Positions 9,201 to 17,165 of a stretch of 64,000 nt of DNA are shown in pieces. Origin of the DNA: a virus; the IMG/VR virus record IMGVR_UViG_3300012351_000008, positions 15,962 through 79,961 of that record. One strand, given 5' to 3'. The translations under genes were made by a program, and so were the position numbers. The notes beneath the pieces are model-generated. The model saw only the letters and a program-made list of their open reading frames with translations. It made no database searches and was not told the origin of the DNA. Every line of letters starts with the position of its first letter. The first letter of the stretch is position 1.

Positions 9201-9306
9201 TGAAGATCAGCCGAAATAAAGCCTTAGTTTCCACAACTAAGGCCCTAGCTCAAGTGATGAAGCCCTCGGTCTGCAAAACCAAAGCTTCATCTAGGAGAAT
9301 TCTATC

Positions 9307-9696
9307 ATGCAAAAGATTGTTAATCAAGCAGCAACCGGGCAACCTGCAGTAACCAGAATCGTCAGCATCGAACCCTTCATCCCTCGCAGTTACCACGTCC
9401 TACTGGTAGAGATGGACACCACAGAGAAGCATGTAATTGTTTCCTCGCCCGATGTACTCAACCTGAAAGTTTGCTACGTTCACTGTATGACCAAAGAAGT
9501 CAAGCACGCCACTGTATTTCACCTGACAGGGCCTATCACAATTCATCTCCTCTCAGCCAAAAAGTTTCCCGGCTATTACTACGTGTGCAAGTGGTCAGAG
9601 CGCCATCACCGTTATGCCTGTAGCTCTCTAGAGGGTAAACAATGCGGTTTCTGCTCTCACATTGATGAATTGGCACAACTTCATCCTGTAGCTTAG
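9307..9696 (+). CDS. hypothetical protein with SWIM-like C-terminus
   Basis: AGGAG RBS; YACSS...CGFCSHI. Confidence 0.6.
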   Translation: MQKIVNQAATGQPAVTRIVSIEPFIPRSYHVLLVEMDTTEKHVIVSSPDVLNLKVCYVHCMTKEVKHATVFHLTGPITIHLLSAKKFPGYYYVCKWSERHHRYACSSLEGKQCGFCSHIDELAQLHPVA

Positions 9697-9763
9697 TTTT
9701 CCATGGCTGGTACAAACGATGTACCAGCCCTCTTTGTATTTTTGAGATAGACGAGGTGTTGTT

Positions 9764-10789
9764 ATGGAAAGTGCAATTATCCCCACGCAGGAACAACTCA
9801 TCAAGTTCTTTGAGCGTTGCCCCAATATCATCCTCTATGGGTTCCCCCACGGGGCGGTACAAGACCGATGGGCATTGCTCGCCCTGGTAAGTTACTGTCA
9901 TGTTGGGATGCATCCCAATTGGACCCTAGACGAGCTAGAAGGCCCATATAAGTTGTCACTAAGAGAGATAGCCACGATCACTGGGATTGACCATACAGCA
10001 CTGCGTAAGAGGGCAGGCAAGGACAAGCGAGATGGTGCACTAGATCGCTTGCAGCAGTTAGGATATGTCACAATCCTTGACGCCCGACCCATTGATTTCA
10101 TCAATGGGCAACCCACAGGAAAGCCGCAAACGTACCTCTACATTCATCTTAGAAAGCTCTGGGAGGACAATCTTACCTTCAGTGAGACACACCGTATGCC
10201 GATGGGGAGGCCCGTGAATCCTCGTGATATTGAAATCGTTGTGAGTGCCGGTGTTGACGTGGTCAACACACAAAGTACCCCTTCCACTGTTGACCAGGGC
10301 AACACCTATGTTGACGACAACAACACACCCGTTGACCACGTCAACAAGAACGTTGACAGGGGCAACAACCGTGTTGACGACGCACGCTCAAACTCTGCAC
10401 AAGACTATATAAGACCTATAAGACAAATAAAAGAAAAAGAAAGACCGTCTCCAGTTTTTGAAATTGAAGATCAGGAACCGGAACCACCACAGAGGGAAGA
10501 GTTATCCTTTTCCTTCAAAGCTGACATCACAAGAACATCTAACGCATTCGGTGAGGCTCATCTAAGCAAAGACACTAGAGAGGCAATCACGCAGATATAC
10601 AACGAGGAGAAGGGTCATATTGATATGGCTATGTTTCGGATAAAGTACGATACAGCAAAAGAAGAGACAAATAGAGCAACATTAGAGCAAGTACAACAAT
10701 TAGGTTTTTCAGATAAAAGTTCTTATTTGCTACATTGTCTTCATAAGAAATGCAAACTATTTCATACGTCTATCAACGTATCAGCATGA
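9764..10789 (+). CDS. phage replication initiator (lambda O-like organisation)
   Basis: HTH-like LSLREIATITGI; internal iteron array; followed by a DnaC-like gene. Confidence 0.7.
   Translation: MESAIIPTQEQLIKFFERCPNIILYGFPHGAVQDRWALLALVSYCHVGMHPNWTLDELEGPYKLSLREIATITGIDHTALRKRAGKDKRDGALDRLQQLGYVTILDARPIDFINGQPTGKPQTYLYIHLRKLWEDNLTFSETHRMPMGRPVNPRDIEIVVSAGVDVVNTQSTPSTVDQGNTYVDDNNTPVDHVNKNVDRGNNRVDDARSNSAQDYIRPIRQIKEKERPSPVFEIEDQEPEPPQREELSFSFKADITRTSNAFGEAHLSKDTREAITQIYNEEKGHIDMAMFRIKYDTAKEETNRATLEQVQQLGFSDKSSYLLHCLHKKCKLFHTSINVSA
10253..10445. repeat. iteron array and A-rich tract (probable replication origin)
   Basis: GTTGAC at 10253, 10289, 10310, 10331, 10352, 10373 (last five spaced 21 bp); the first five continue as N3-NNCAAC; then TAAGAC repeats and an A-rich run. 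Confidence 0.75.
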
Positions 10790-10802
10790 AAGGTAAGGAA
10801 AG

Positions 10803-11651
10803 ATGAGACGGAGACAGAAACTCATTGTAGGCAGGAAACAACCGCCTAAGAACACGCACGCCGTCAGAAACGAACAGCGTATTCAAGAGTTGCGAACCAT
10901 GTCCTATCAGGAATACCTACAAACGCCAGAGTGGGCAGCCAAACGCCAGCAAATCTTAATACGAGATGAGCACCGATGCCGAGTGTGCAATGGCGGTGAG
11001 CAATTAAATGTGCACCATCGCACTTACGAGAGACGTGGAGACGAAGATTTAAACGACCTGACCACGTTATGCCAGCCCTGCCATGAGTACTTTCATAACC
11101 GAAAAGAGCAGGTATCACTTGAACAATTCATAGACCCATTCAGACGTAACAGTTTTAGAACGTTCAATCCGCGCGTCCCCGGTGTGCAAGAAGCATTTCA
11201 GGAATGCGCTGAGTACGCCCGTGACCCGGACGGCTGGTTACTCCTGGTAGGGCCATCCGGTTGTGGTAAAACACACTTAGCAACGGCTATAGCCAAGCAG
11301 TGCAAAGAAAGAGGAGCGAGTGTATTAAGTTATTCTGTCCCTGATCTCTTAGATTTCTTGCGCTCAACATCTACCTACTATGAAACATTCAAGCAGATAA
11401 AAGAGGTTGAAGTACTGGTATTAGACGACCTGGGAATGCAACAAGGTTCACCGTGGGTAACAGAAAAGCTTTTCCAACTTTTTAATCATCGTTACATTTC
11501 AGGTTTGCCAACGATTATTATAGCTAGCATTAAAGGATTGCAAGAACTTGACGAGCGTATTCGCTCCCGCCTCTCCGACAATAGCTTAGTAACGCCGATC
11601 ATTTTCGAAGATACGCGTGATTATCGGCCCAATCACCCACAGCGAGACTAA
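10803..11651 (+). CDS. HNH domain fused to DnaC/IstB-like AAA+ helicase loader
   Basis: N-terminal CRVC...VHH...LCQPCH; Walker A GPSGCGKT, Walker B LVLDDLG, RIRSRL. Confidence 0.85.
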   Translation: MRRRQKLIVGRKQPPKNTHAVRNEQRIQELRTMSYQEYLQTPEWAAKRQQILIRDEHRCRVCNGGEQLNVHHRTYERRGDEDLNDLTTLCQPCHEYFHNRKEQVSLEQFIDPFRRNSFRTFNPRVPGVQEAFQECAEYARDPDGWLLLVGPSGCGKTHLATAIAKQCKERGASVLSYSVPDLLDFLRSTSTYYETFKQIKEVEVLVLDDLGMQQGSPWVTEKLFQLFNHRYISGLPTIIIASIKGLQELDERIRSRLSDNSLVTPIIFEDTRDYRPNHPQRD

Positions 11652-11664
11652 AAGGGTGCTCCAT

Positions 11665-11964
11665 ATGCCAGGACCGACAGAAACGCCAGAGCCAGCACAA
11701 GCCATTCACCGCGAACATGCGTCGTTGCCAGTGGATATGCAAATGTGGATGGTTGACACAGCAAGTGAGTTTGGGGAGGATGAGACTGTGTGTGTGAATG
11801 AGTTGGTATGGTGTTTCCAGCATACCGGATGTACCGAGGAGGAGTTCTATAGTAAACTGATTCACGCGTATGGCATAACTGAGAGAAGTAAACGTATGGA
11901 TATGTTATTCGCAGAGTTCAAGCAATCATTGTTACTGGTGGTTGACGCCGTGATGGTGTCCTGA
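11665..11964 (+). CDS. hypothetical protein
   Basis: ORF in operon position. Confidence 0.55.
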   Translation: MPGPTETPEPAQAIHREHASLPVDMQMWMVDTASEFGEDETVCVNELVWCFQHTGCTEEEFYSKLIHAYGITERSKRMDMLFAEFKQSLLLVVDAVMVS

Positions 11965-11975
11965 GAGGTGAAAGC

Positions 11976-12245
11976 ATGAATTGGGGTCACATTATCGACC
12001 TAATGACGGGCAATATTGAAGCGCTAGCGTTTAACCGGCAACAAGAGGCGAACACATGGGAGCCGATGATCTTAGCTGAAATGGACCCACCATCCAGCCC
12101 TGATGGAAAGATGCGTATCAAATTTGTGCCAAATCGGTGCAGTCCAGCCTTTCCCGGTGATATGACCTACTACTGGACGAGGGAAGAACTGCTGAAGCGT
12201 ACACGAAAAGTAGCAGAGACAACGATAGCAGAGGTGAAAGAGTGA
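11976..12245 (+). CDS. hypothetical protein
   Basis: GAGGTG RBS. Confidence 0.6.
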   Translation: MNWGHIIDLMTGNIEALAFNRQQEANTWEPMILAEMDPPSSPDGKMRIKFVPNRCSPAFPGDMTYYWTREELLKRTRKVAETTIAEVKE

Positions 12246-12484
12246 GTCAGGAAGTCAATTCAATTGAAGAACTTATAGCAGCAGGGACCAGTGAATTACA
12301 AATGCTGGCTGATGCGGGTAACACAGTCGCGCAACGTTGGCTATGGGCTATACGGAACCAGCCCATAACGCCGATGAAACTCAAAGCGTTTGGTGAGATG
12401 CGTGTTGCGCTGATGGGTGATGAAAGTGCAGAGGCGAGGCAAGTATACGAGGCATTATGGCCGAAAGAGGAGAGTGAACAGTGA
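12242..12484 (+). CDS. hypothetical protein
   Basis: GTGA overlap; GAGGTG RBS. Confidence 0.6.
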   Translation: MSQEVNSIEELIAAGTSELQMLADAGNTVAQRWLWAIRNQPITPMKLKAFGEMRVALMGDESAEARQVYEALWPKEESEQ

Positions 12485-12789
12485 GCGAACAAGAAAAGAA
12501 GCCAACTACTCACATAGAAGTTACTGAAGAACAAAAAATAAAATTGCGTGGTTATCTCAAGTTGATGGATGAGGCCGAACGAACTGGTAGGGACTTCAAT
12601 CTCTTTGATTATCTTTTTCATGACGATATGTGTTCTGTTGGCCCGTTTCCGATTTTATCGCAAGAGGGTGATAGAGGGACGTATCGTTGTGAAGCCTGTG
12701 GTGCGACTTTCATTCGTCGTGTGAGTGTCGCTGAGAAAGATTGGAAACACTATCTGCCAGGGCACGAACCGGAGAAAGAAGGATGGTGA
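12481..12789 (+). CDS. hypothetical protein with zinc-ribbon-like motif
   Basis: GTGA overlap; YRCEACG. Confidence 0.6.
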   Translation: MSEQEKKPTTHIEVTEEQKIKLRGYLKLMDEAERTGRDFNLFDYLFHDDMCSVGPFPILSQEGDRGTYRCEACGATFIRRVSVAEKDWKHYLPGHEPEKEGW

Positions 12790-13163
12790 GCGAGCAAGAA
12801 CGCTTTATGCTTGATGTGTTACGCCTCTTCTCGCTGGACGAGACAGATTGCTATAGTATGCTGTTCTGGCGCTGTAAGGAGGCTGGTGGTGTCGAGTTCT
12901 TTGTAATTGTCAACGACGTGTTCTGGTGGGCTACAGCCGATCTAGAACCAATTATGCCAAAGGACTTGCCAGTGATACGTCAAGCCATAGAGGATGTGCG
13001 TAGAGTAGCAGGCAGTAACGCTGGTATGTGCGAAGCATTTGAATTGTGGGCTGCAAGGAAACGCAAGATGCGACCACAGCAGCCAGCATATCCACAGGAT
13101 GAGCGATTGAGGGCGCTGTTCGATGAGTGCGGACCTGAGAGAGCGCCAACTGAAGAGGGGTGA
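12783..13163 (+). CDS. hypothetical phage protein
   Basis: Overlaps the previous stop; NDVFWWATADLE...RKMRPQ motif. Confidence 0.65.
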   Translation: MVSEQERFMLDVLRLFSLDETDCYSMLFWRCKEAGGVEFFVIVNDVFWWATADLEPIMPKDLPVIRQAIEDVRRVAGSNAGMCEAFELWAARKRKMRPQQPAYPQDERLRALFDECGPERAPTEEG

Positions 13164-13305
13164 ATCGAAAAATCGGCGTCCCTGCTGCCATCAGGCAACC
13201 AGGAAGCGCCGAATGTTTGTGTGTCCAGCGCGATGCTTGTAGGCAGACAAGCGCTGCTTTGTAAACATTACATGTACAGTGTAGCGCTGTAATGAAATCC
13301 AAGGC

Positions 13306-13536
13306 TCACGCTGGAGGGCCACTCGCATTCGTTGGTGGCAATTGCCGGGCCTGTGGTGGTGCTGACCCTGGTTGCCATTTAAAAGCGCCTCCAATAAACC
13401 AAAAAGCGATAACTGGCGAGACGATAGCCAGGGCATCGCTCACGTTGACATGGGCAATGATGATGAGTACGGTTGCCATTGCGAGAACGGCGAGTGTGAT
13501 AATAAGTGCGGGTAGTTCTTGGATGAATGAGTCCAT
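13306..13536 (-). CDS. putative holin
   Basis: Two hydrophobic segments; directly downstream of the endolysin. Confidence 0.6.
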   Translation of the reverse strand: MDSFIQELPALIITLAVLAMATVLIIIAHVNVSDALAIVSPVIAFWFIGGAFKWQPGSAPPQARQLPPTNASGPPA

Positions 13537-13548
13537 GATGTCTCCTCT

Positions 13549-14559
13549 CTACGACGGCTCCAGGTCTTTGATAACGGTTTGTATAGCCGTACCAGCCGAT
13601 TGTAGCGCTGGTAGAAGACCCTGTAACGTGGTAATGGCGGCCTGGGTATTGATGGTCACAATGGGGGTTGTAGGGGTCGTTGTGGACGATTGCTTGTCAA
13701 TGTGAGCCGGATAGCAGGGACCGCTAATCCCTGGTACGCTATCCATTTCTTTCTGCGGATCATAGGCGATAATTCCACGCTCAAAATGCTGCTGCGTCAC
13801 TGCCTTGTACCCTGGCATCTTTTGCTCACCACTGGTAGGCAATCCGAATTGAGAGAGGCCGTTCAGCCCGGTAGCGGTGCAGGTGCGATAGTAGGTCAGG
13901 ATGCCGAAGGCGATATCGAAGCCAGTGGACTTGCAGTGCCATCTGGTGTCTTTTGTGGTCCCGGTATCAATGAAGTATTGGCTGGCTTGGCTAATGTCTA
14001 ACACGGTGTCACCTCCTGCTGATTGTGAGCCTCCGAGGTAGGCTATCAATTCGTCCCACGGATAGGGACCTGGACATCTGGCACGATTGACTTGATCGAA
14101 GTCGGCATGAGACACAATACCCGATTGTAGGTCACCACGCCGTTTTGCTATGCCGTAGTAGTCGCAAATTGCCTGGATGACCTGGAATGAAGCCTGCTTT
14201 TGTGGTTCAGTGAGCTGATCGCTATTGTTCGTTGAGGCCTTGCAGTGCTCGATTGAAATAGTGTAGTAGTTTGGGTTGATGTTGGCGGGCCAGGGCATTG
14301 TAGGTTGATCAATCAATCCATTGGACCAGGCCGCTACATCCATGCTAATTCCCTGAACCACTTCACCGTCTGTACCGATGATGATGTGAGCACTTGCATC
14401 AGCCGTATCTCGAAAGAAGTTGGCGATGGCCTCCGCACTGGTGCCTCCTGCCGTACCGTGTAGGCACACGTGGGTTGGTTTATAGCCCTGCCGGTCCATA
14501 CTCTTATTGCCATAATCAATCTCGGTAGCTGTGTCAATCCAACCATTAACTATTTTCAA
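13549..14559 (-). CDS. endolysin, N-acetylmuramoyl-L-alanine amidase (Amidase_2) with C-terminal cell-wall-binding region
   Basis: VCLHGT...SAHIII...ISIEH...VSH...CPG; FGLPTSGE...QHFERG repeat-like module. Confidence 0.88.
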   Translation of the reverse strand: MKIVNGWIDTATEIDYGNKSMDRQGYKPTHVCLHGTAGGTSAEAIANFFRDTADASAHIIIGTDGEVVQGISMDVAAWSNGLIDQPTMPWPANINPNYYTISIEHCKASTNNSDQLTEPQKQASFQVIQAICDYYGIAKRRGDLQSGIVSHADFDQVNRARCPGPYPWDELIAYLGGSQSAGGDTVLDISQASQYFIDTGTTKDTRWHCKSTGFDIAFGILTYYRTCTATGLNGLSQFGLPTSGEQKMPGYKAVTQQHFERGIIAYDPQKEMDSVPGISGPCYPAHIDKQSSTTTPTTPIVTINTQAAITTLQGLLPALQSAGTAIQTVIKDLEPS

Positions 14560-14579
14560 TGCGGCACCTCTATATAAAC

Positions 14580-14725
14580 AAAAAAACCACCTTGCGTTTT
14601 CGCTGGTGGCTCACGGGCTCGTCTGTTTGGACAGCCCGGTAGCATTCCAAAATACCGGGCCGTGGTCCGCTTGATAGCATCGTCGTAGCAAACAATAAAG
14701 TAGCGGACCCATGGGCAGTGTAGCA
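14580..14725 (-). promoter_or_regulatory. late leader: extended -10, two hairpins, tandem-GAGCC motif overlapping a terminator
   Basis: TGCTACACT (14717-14725); ACGAGCCCGTGAGCCACC (14605-14622); GCCACC/GGTGGT stem plus T-tract. Confidence 0.7.
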
Positions 14726-15008
14726 GATTGAGGGGAGCAAGGCAACCGAGCATGGGGGATGGTTGCCTTGCTGTAGCCGGTAGATGTGTAGTTGGGCGTT
14801 GTTGCCTCGAACATTATAGCAAATTACCGGCGCGTACACAACCGAAAACGGCGCGTCAGGATGAGCAACAGACGACCTTGCTGAGTTGTGACGACTGATT
14901 AGCTTACCGTTCAGAGATGGCTTGTCAGAATGATTGTAGCGAGAAAGTGGAGAGTGAGGGATGAGAGGGCAATTTTGAGAGAGTGCGAACTATTAGTGTG
15001 AAAACCTC

Positions 15009-15037
15009 TTGACAACAGTGTGTACACATTGTATGAT
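15009..15037 (+). promoter_or_regulatory. sigma70 promoter with a palindromic operator in the spacer
   Basis: TTGACA-17-TATGAT; spacer contains TGTGTACACA. Confidence 0.75.
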
Positions 15038-15078
15038 GTAGACATCAGATGAATGTGAAACAAAGTGAGGCAAGAAAT

Positions 15079-15477
15079 ATGGCAAACAGAAAACAGCGCA
15101 TTAATGTAATGTTAGAAGAGTCTACAGTCGAAGAACTGGAAAAACAGTATCCAGAGAAACAGCGCAGCGATTTCATTGAACAACAGGTTAGGAGGGGTCT
15201 GGGTATGCCAGAAGCAGAAGGGCAAAAAGGATTTGCTGTATACGAACGTAGCATTGATGATGGTTTCGGTTCTCAGATTGTCTATGTCAAAGATGGCCGG
15301 ATAGTGCATCAGTATCTTAGTGCCAGGCAAGGCCACTATACTGGTGATGGCAATCCTGAGTGGATAGGGCAAAAAGTCAACGTCTTGTATGGCAATGGCT
15401 TCAAAAAGCTGAGAAGTGCGGCAAGAATTCAAGAAATTGAGATGGAGTGGTTGCAAGAAGAGGTGCTTGAACCATGA
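15079..15477 (+). CDS. protein with N-terminal ribbon-helix-helix-like domain
   Basis: KQRINVMLEESTVEELEK...RSDFIEQQVRRGL. Confidence 0.6.
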   Translation: MANRKQRINVMLEESTVEELEKQYPEKQRSDFIEQQVRRGLGMPEAEGQKGFAVYERSIDDGFGSQIVYVKDGRIVHQYLSARQGHYTGDGNPEWIGQKVNVLYGNGFKKLRSAARIQEIEMEWLQEEVLEP

Positions 15478-15689
15478 GTAACGACGAATTGTTTCGTGAT
15501 GCTGAGTTCATAGCCTCAGAAGCTGAGTTGCACCAACGCAAGAACGAGCCGCTTAATACAGAATTGCGCTGCTACATTCAGCCGCACACGATGGAACGTC
15601 TGCGTGAGATGGTTGAGGAGCGAAAAACGAGTACTGATGTTGTTGTGAATATGGCGCTACGGGCGCTGTTGTACGATCAAGGATTTTGA
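15474..15689 (+). CDS. small RHH/CopG-like protein
   Basis: ATGA overlap; LRCYIQPHTMERLREMVEERKTSTDVVVNMALRALL. Confidence 0.55.
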   Translation: MSNDELFRDAEFIASEAELHQRKNEPLNTELRCYIQPHTMERLREMVEERKTSTDVVVNMALRALLYDQGF

Positions 15690-15722
15690 ACGCAGCCAAG
15701 CTGCAAAGAAAGGACAGAAACG

Positions 15723-16016
15723 ATGTCAGGTCAATGGAATAGTGAAGCACAGCGATACGAAGTATTCTCAACATTAGAGGGTGGCATGGTCCCCACTGGC
15801 AAGCCTATGGACTATCAGATGCAGCCAGGGGTTGATTATTGTGGTTATTGTAAACACGGTTTTGATGATCAGGGCAATTGTGTTTGCGATGGGCTTGGTG
15901 GAGGTCATACGCCTACTTGTAGTTACTGTCACTCCGCCTATGATGGCAAAGGCAACTGTAATTGTGATGGCTTCGGCAATGATCCTGAGACGGGCGAGCC
16001 ATTACCATACGCTTGA
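15723..16016 (+). CDS. Cys-rich protein with a duplicated CxxC...GNCxCDG motif
   Basis: CGYCKHGFDDQGNCVCDG and CSYCHSAYDGKGNCNCDG; AAGGA RBS. Confidence 0.6.
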   Translation: MSGQWNSEAQRYEVFSTLEGGMVPTGKPMDYQMQPGVDYCGYCKHGFDDQGNCVCDGLGGGHTPTCSYCHSAYDGKGNCNCDGFGNDPETGEPLPYA

Positions 16017-16073
16017 GCAACCACAATGCCCACGCTAGTCTACAAGCCGCTTCAGTAGTGAGAAGCGGCTCTT

Positions 16074-16694
16074 CTATTTCCCCTGCTCACTCTTCAGATA
16101 TCTCCTCGCCAGAACCTCTACCGTCACCACAAACGTGATCTTAATCACAATCAAGATTCCACCTGCCAACTCACCAAAGACAGTGATCGTGATTCTACTG
16201 CTGTACTCCTGCTGCAGTAGTTCATTGGCGACCTGAGAGATAGCCAGAAAATACGGTCGCTCTTGCATATGGATAATCTGCGTCTGGACGATATCAATCG
16301 TTTGAGGATGCGCAAGAATAGCCCTGACCGCAGCGTCGATGCTCACGTAGTTGGTGGTAGAAGAGATTAGTAGTGTTTGTGCGGTGCCAGATAGGTTGCT
16401 GTTCTGTAGATTGGCCTGATCACTCTCCCATGTCGGCAACATGTTCTGTAGTTCGCTGATTGCCTGAGCATTGTTGTCTGCTGGCCCGTATTGCAGGATA
16501 AGTGCGTCTTTGGCGATACGCTGCGAGATGGACTGCTGTAGCGTAGCGTAGTGGAGGATAGCATCGTTGTTGGAGATGGTGAGTGGAATAGCTTGAAATA
16601 TCATGATGGCACCAACAGCCACGAATGCGAGCGTTTCGATGATGCGGACGAACGCCAGGAAACCTTGAGGTGTACTGAGTAATTTGATCATCAC
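16074..16694 (-). CDS. two-TM membrane protein with PilJ/NarX-like extracytoplasmic helical domain
   Basis: TM helices at both ends; LQQSISQRIAKDAL resembles the QRMLSQRIAK box. Confidence 0.55.
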   Translation of the reverse strand: MMIKLLSTPQGFLAFVRIIETLAFVAVGAIMIFQAIPLTISNNDAILHYATLQQSISQRIAKDALILQYGPADNNAQAISELQNMLPTWESDQANLQNSNLSGTAQTLLISSTTNYVSIDAAVRAILAHPQTIDIVQTQIIHMQERPYFLAISQVANELLQQEYSSRITITVFGELAGGILIVIKITFVVTVEVLARRYLKSEQGK

Positions 16695-16735
16695 ATATTG
16701 TTACCTTCCTTGGTTATTTAATGCAATACGGTTAT

Positions 16736-17110
16736 CTAGTGCAACACGTGGGCCGCGTAGGCTCCGATAATACTCAAAAGAATCGCTATGAAAATACTGA
16801 CGATGCCAGCCAGGACACGTATTTGCATCTGGTTTTGATTTTCCTTCAGTGCCGAGTCACGTTTTTGTGCCTCAACTTCTGAATCGGCTAGTTTTGTGTT
16901 GAGATCGGTCAGTTGTGATTTGGCGCTACTGACCTCGCGCTCGATCCGCTCAACCGTTTCACGAATGCTTCGAAGCTGCAGCTCGTTCTCTTTGGCGGGC
17001 ACATATTGTTGTAACTGGTTCTGTAACTGCTGCACCATTTTTTCGAGTGCCTCAATCCGAAAAGTTAGTGTCGATTGGTCCTGCTGCATCCCTTGTTCCT
17101 CATGTAACAT
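16736..17110 (-). CDS. coiled-coil protein with C-terminal TM (holin/XhlA-like)
   Basis: Heptad-rich body, hydrophobic C-terminus, position between tail and lysis genes. Confidence 0.55.
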   Translation of the reverse strand: MLHEEQGMQQDQSTLTFRIEALEKMVQQLQNQLQQYVPAKENELQLRSIRETVERIEREVSSAKSQLTDLNTKLADSEVEAQKRDSALKENQNQMQIRVLAGIVSIFIAILLSIIGAYAAHVLH

Positions 17111-17165
17111 GCATTATATGATTAAAGTAAACAATCATATAATGCATGTATTGTACATATTATAG

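Noticed and set aside
9268-9280. GGTCTGCAAAACC resembling a tRNA-Cys anticodon arm
   Set aside because: No acceptor stem, D arm or T arm around it; no tRNA gene recognised in the window
14820-14940. Possible riboswitch upstream of the lysis genes
   Set aside because: Could not match the consensus of any riboswitch class by eye
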